Positions 61,738 through 64,000 of a stretch of 64,000 nt of DNA are shown in pieces (the stretch's first letter is position 1; each line of letters opens with the position of its first letter). The notes under the pieces were generated by a model. The model was not told where the DNA came from, did no database searches, and saw only the letters and a list, made by a program, of their open reading frames with translations. The position numbers and the translations under genes are program-made. The stretch is from the NCBI GenBank assembly GCA_977017645.1, contig OZ360233.1, positions 18,104,001-18,168,000 on the forward strand, in the 5' to 3' direction. This DNA is from Torpedo marmorata (Eukaryota).

Positions 61738-63542
61738 AGATGCAGGATCAATTTAAATGTTTAAGGAAAATTTGGATAGGTATATGGACGAGAGAGGTGT
61801 GGAGGGTTATGGGCCGGGTGCGGGTCAGTGGGACGAGGTGGGAGAATGTGTTGGGCATGGACTAGAAGGGCCGAACGGGCCTGTGTCTGTGCTGTAAATG
61901 TTATATGGTTATATATGGTGTGGGTAGGACAGGAGCGTGGCCCCTCGGCCTGTCCTTTCTAAAATCAACAAGCTCCTTGGTCTTGGTGTCATTCAGAAAA
62001 ATTTTGTTTATTCTCCAGGTGGAGCTACAACCCAATCCAATAACTGCTCTTTTCGGGGTTATTGACCCAGACATAGGGAGTTTTTCTGCACCTGTTCAAC
62101 GGGTTGTGGCCTTCTCTACATTGTTGGCTAGAAGAGCCATCCTATTCAAAGGGAAAGACTCTAGACCTCCAACAGTGTTTCAATGGTTTTCTCATATTAT
62201 GTCTTGTTTAAGCTTAGAAAAGATTAGATATCATGTATTTGATTTATCGGTGAAATTTGAAGAGACATGGCGACTTTTTATGTCTTATTTTCATATGATG
62301 TAAGTGATTCTAATGTGATTAGATGTATTTGCTCTTCCTTTGTTTTTTAATTTACGGTAGGAACCAAAAATTACAAAATATATATAACCTTCAGGATAAG
62401 CTGCTCAGCTGTTTGTTGTTAGTTTTTTTTATTAGAGTAGGTTAGGTGGTTTTCTAAAAATATATATACATATAATACGTTTGATTTTTTTCATTGTCAC
62501 CTATTGCAGTGGAGGGCGGATCGAATTTATACTGTTTGAAGTTTTATTTTAATATATATACACATGTGATGTTGTATTTTCAATTTGTTTCCTTTCCTTC
62601 ATTGTATTGTATTTCTTATTAAAATCAATAAAAAACATTGAAAAAGAAAGATTGTTGTTCTGGAACCACCCAACCAGGTTCGTGATTTCCATCGTGCATT
62701 TTGGCTCATCGTTTCCAGTTATTCACCCAACACTGGTGGTGTCGACATCTCATTTGTAGATTGAGTTGGAGCTGAACTTGGCTGCACAGTCATGGATGCC
62801 CATGGCATGGAGTGGGGGACAAAGCAGGCAGCCTTGGAGTGCTCCTGTGTTGATGACCAGCGGGGAGGTGGTGATGTGGTTGATTAGCACTGTTTGGGTC
62901 TGCCAAAGAGGAATTCAAAGATCCAGTCGCAGTGGGATGGACAGAGTTCTACATCCTTCAACTTGGTCATAGGCTTTGCAGGTATGAGGGTGTTGAACGC
63001 CGAGCTGCAGTCAATGAACAACAGCCCCACGAAAGTGTTTCGGTGGTCCAGGTGATTTAATGCAGAGTGGAGAGTCAGCGATATTGCGCCGTCAGTTGAC
63101 CCTTTGTGCCGATAGGTGAACTGAAGTGGGACAAGGTCCTTCCAGAGATAGGAGTAAATTCGCTCCACAACCAACCTCTGAAAACACTTCATCACAGTCG
63201 ATCAACTTGCTCTTCTTGGGCACGTCGGGGAGGGAGGAGATTGGAAGCAAACACACCGAAATGCTGGTCTCGCAGAGTCCATAGGAGGGACAGATATCTA
63301 ACCAACGTTTCGGCCTAAGCCCTTTTTCAAGGAATAAGCAAAGCGCAGGAAGGCGTCAGAATAAAAACTGAAAACTGGCAGGTGGAGGAGTCCAGAATAA
63401 CAGGTGTTAATTGGATATGGATGGAGGAGAAGTGAGAATTGATTTTGGCTCTGTGAAGGGAGACACAGGGAGAAGCGAAGAGACATAGACAGAGGCAGAG
63501 AGCGAGAGAGAGAGAAAGGGAGAGAGAGAGAGAGAGAGAGAG

Positions 63543-63591
<49 letters not shown>

Positions 63592-63922
63592 TTGAGATAA
63601 AGAGATCTGGGGGAAAAGCGACAGGAGGAAGAACAACGGGGGATGTTTTACGAAACATTGAGAAGTCGATGTTCATGCGATATGGTTGGAGGTAGCCCAG
63701 ACGGAAGATGAGGTGTTGTTCCTCCAATTTGCGCGTGGTCACTGTCTGGCAGTGCATGAGACCACGGACAGACATGTCAGAAAGTGAGTGGATCGGGGAA
63801 TTGAAATGGGTGGCCACTGGGAGATCCACGCTTTTGCGGCGGAGAGAGCCGAGGTGTTCAACAAAGCGATCTCAAAGACTGCGCCCAGTGTCTGCGATGT
63901 AGAGGAGACAAGAGCAGACTGG
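61738..63922. mobile_element. Unit 9 retroelement stack (CR1 tail, Rex1, nested L1 3' end, Penelope fragment)
   Basis: ORFs at 61905-62303 (+), 62884-63195 (-) and 63407-63829 (-). A (GA)n(GATA)n microsatellite lies at ~63500-63600. Confidence 0.8.
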
Positions 63923-64000
63923 AAACGAAGCAGGAGCGGGAAGGGCAGAGAAATACAACCAGAGAGACTGCATTTAGAGCTGCTCGTTTATATTGGTTCC

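Larger units (their letters stand above)
5425..64000 (+). repeat. Tandem array of ~6.7-6.8 kb TCR-V cassettes (about 9 copies, last one partial) with ~13.5 kb higher-order periodicity
   Basis: V-A leader starts at 6211, 12976, 20488, 27195, 33960, 40684, 47452, 54215 and 60995. Spacings are 6765, 7512, 6707, 6765, 6724, 6768, 6763 and 6780. Element order is identical in every unit. Confidence 0.97.

Noticed and set aside
5425-64000. Immunoglobulin cluster (V-D-J-C) organisation, as in shark IgH, IgL or IgNAR
   Set aside because: I found no D, J (FGxG/WGxG with 12-RSS) or constant exons in the cassette. The promoters have CRE and CCAAT motifs rather than an octamer, and the V sequences end CAVK/CAVR like TCR alpha/delta.
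1-64000. CRISPR array or prokaryotic defence system with a reverse transcriptase
   Set aside because: The sequence is eukaryotic (spliceosomal introns, LINEs, microsatellites). The repeats are kilobase cassettes and the RTs belong to non-LTR retrotransposons.

Overview
Vertebrate genomic DNA, most likely a cartilaginous fish (inferred from the repeat types), containing part of an antigen-receptor variable-gene locus of T-cell receptor alpha/delta type. From about 5.4 kb to the window end it is a head-to-tail array of about 9 copies of a ~6.7-6.8 kb cassette, with all V segments on the + strand. Each cassette runs: orphan promoter plus leader exon (E), V family A (leader, intron, V exon, 23-bp-spacer RSS), a nested retroelement stack (Rex1-type RT fragment interrupted by an L1 3' end, optional CR1-type tail, Penelope-like GIY-YIG end), V family B, V pseudogene C, V pseudogene D. 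Family letters are my own labels. Cassettes alternate between two subtypes, giving a ~13.5 kb higher-order repeat, and the V-A exons show recombination mosaics. Left of the array are a degenerate V pseudogene and a 5'-truncated, 5'-inverted L1 with target-site duplications. One cassette carries a private solo LTR. I saw no D, J or constant segments. Most short ORFs in the track are microsatellite or antisense noise. Coordinates were counted by hand: exon and RSS positions should be exact or within a few bases, and retroelement edges are approximate.
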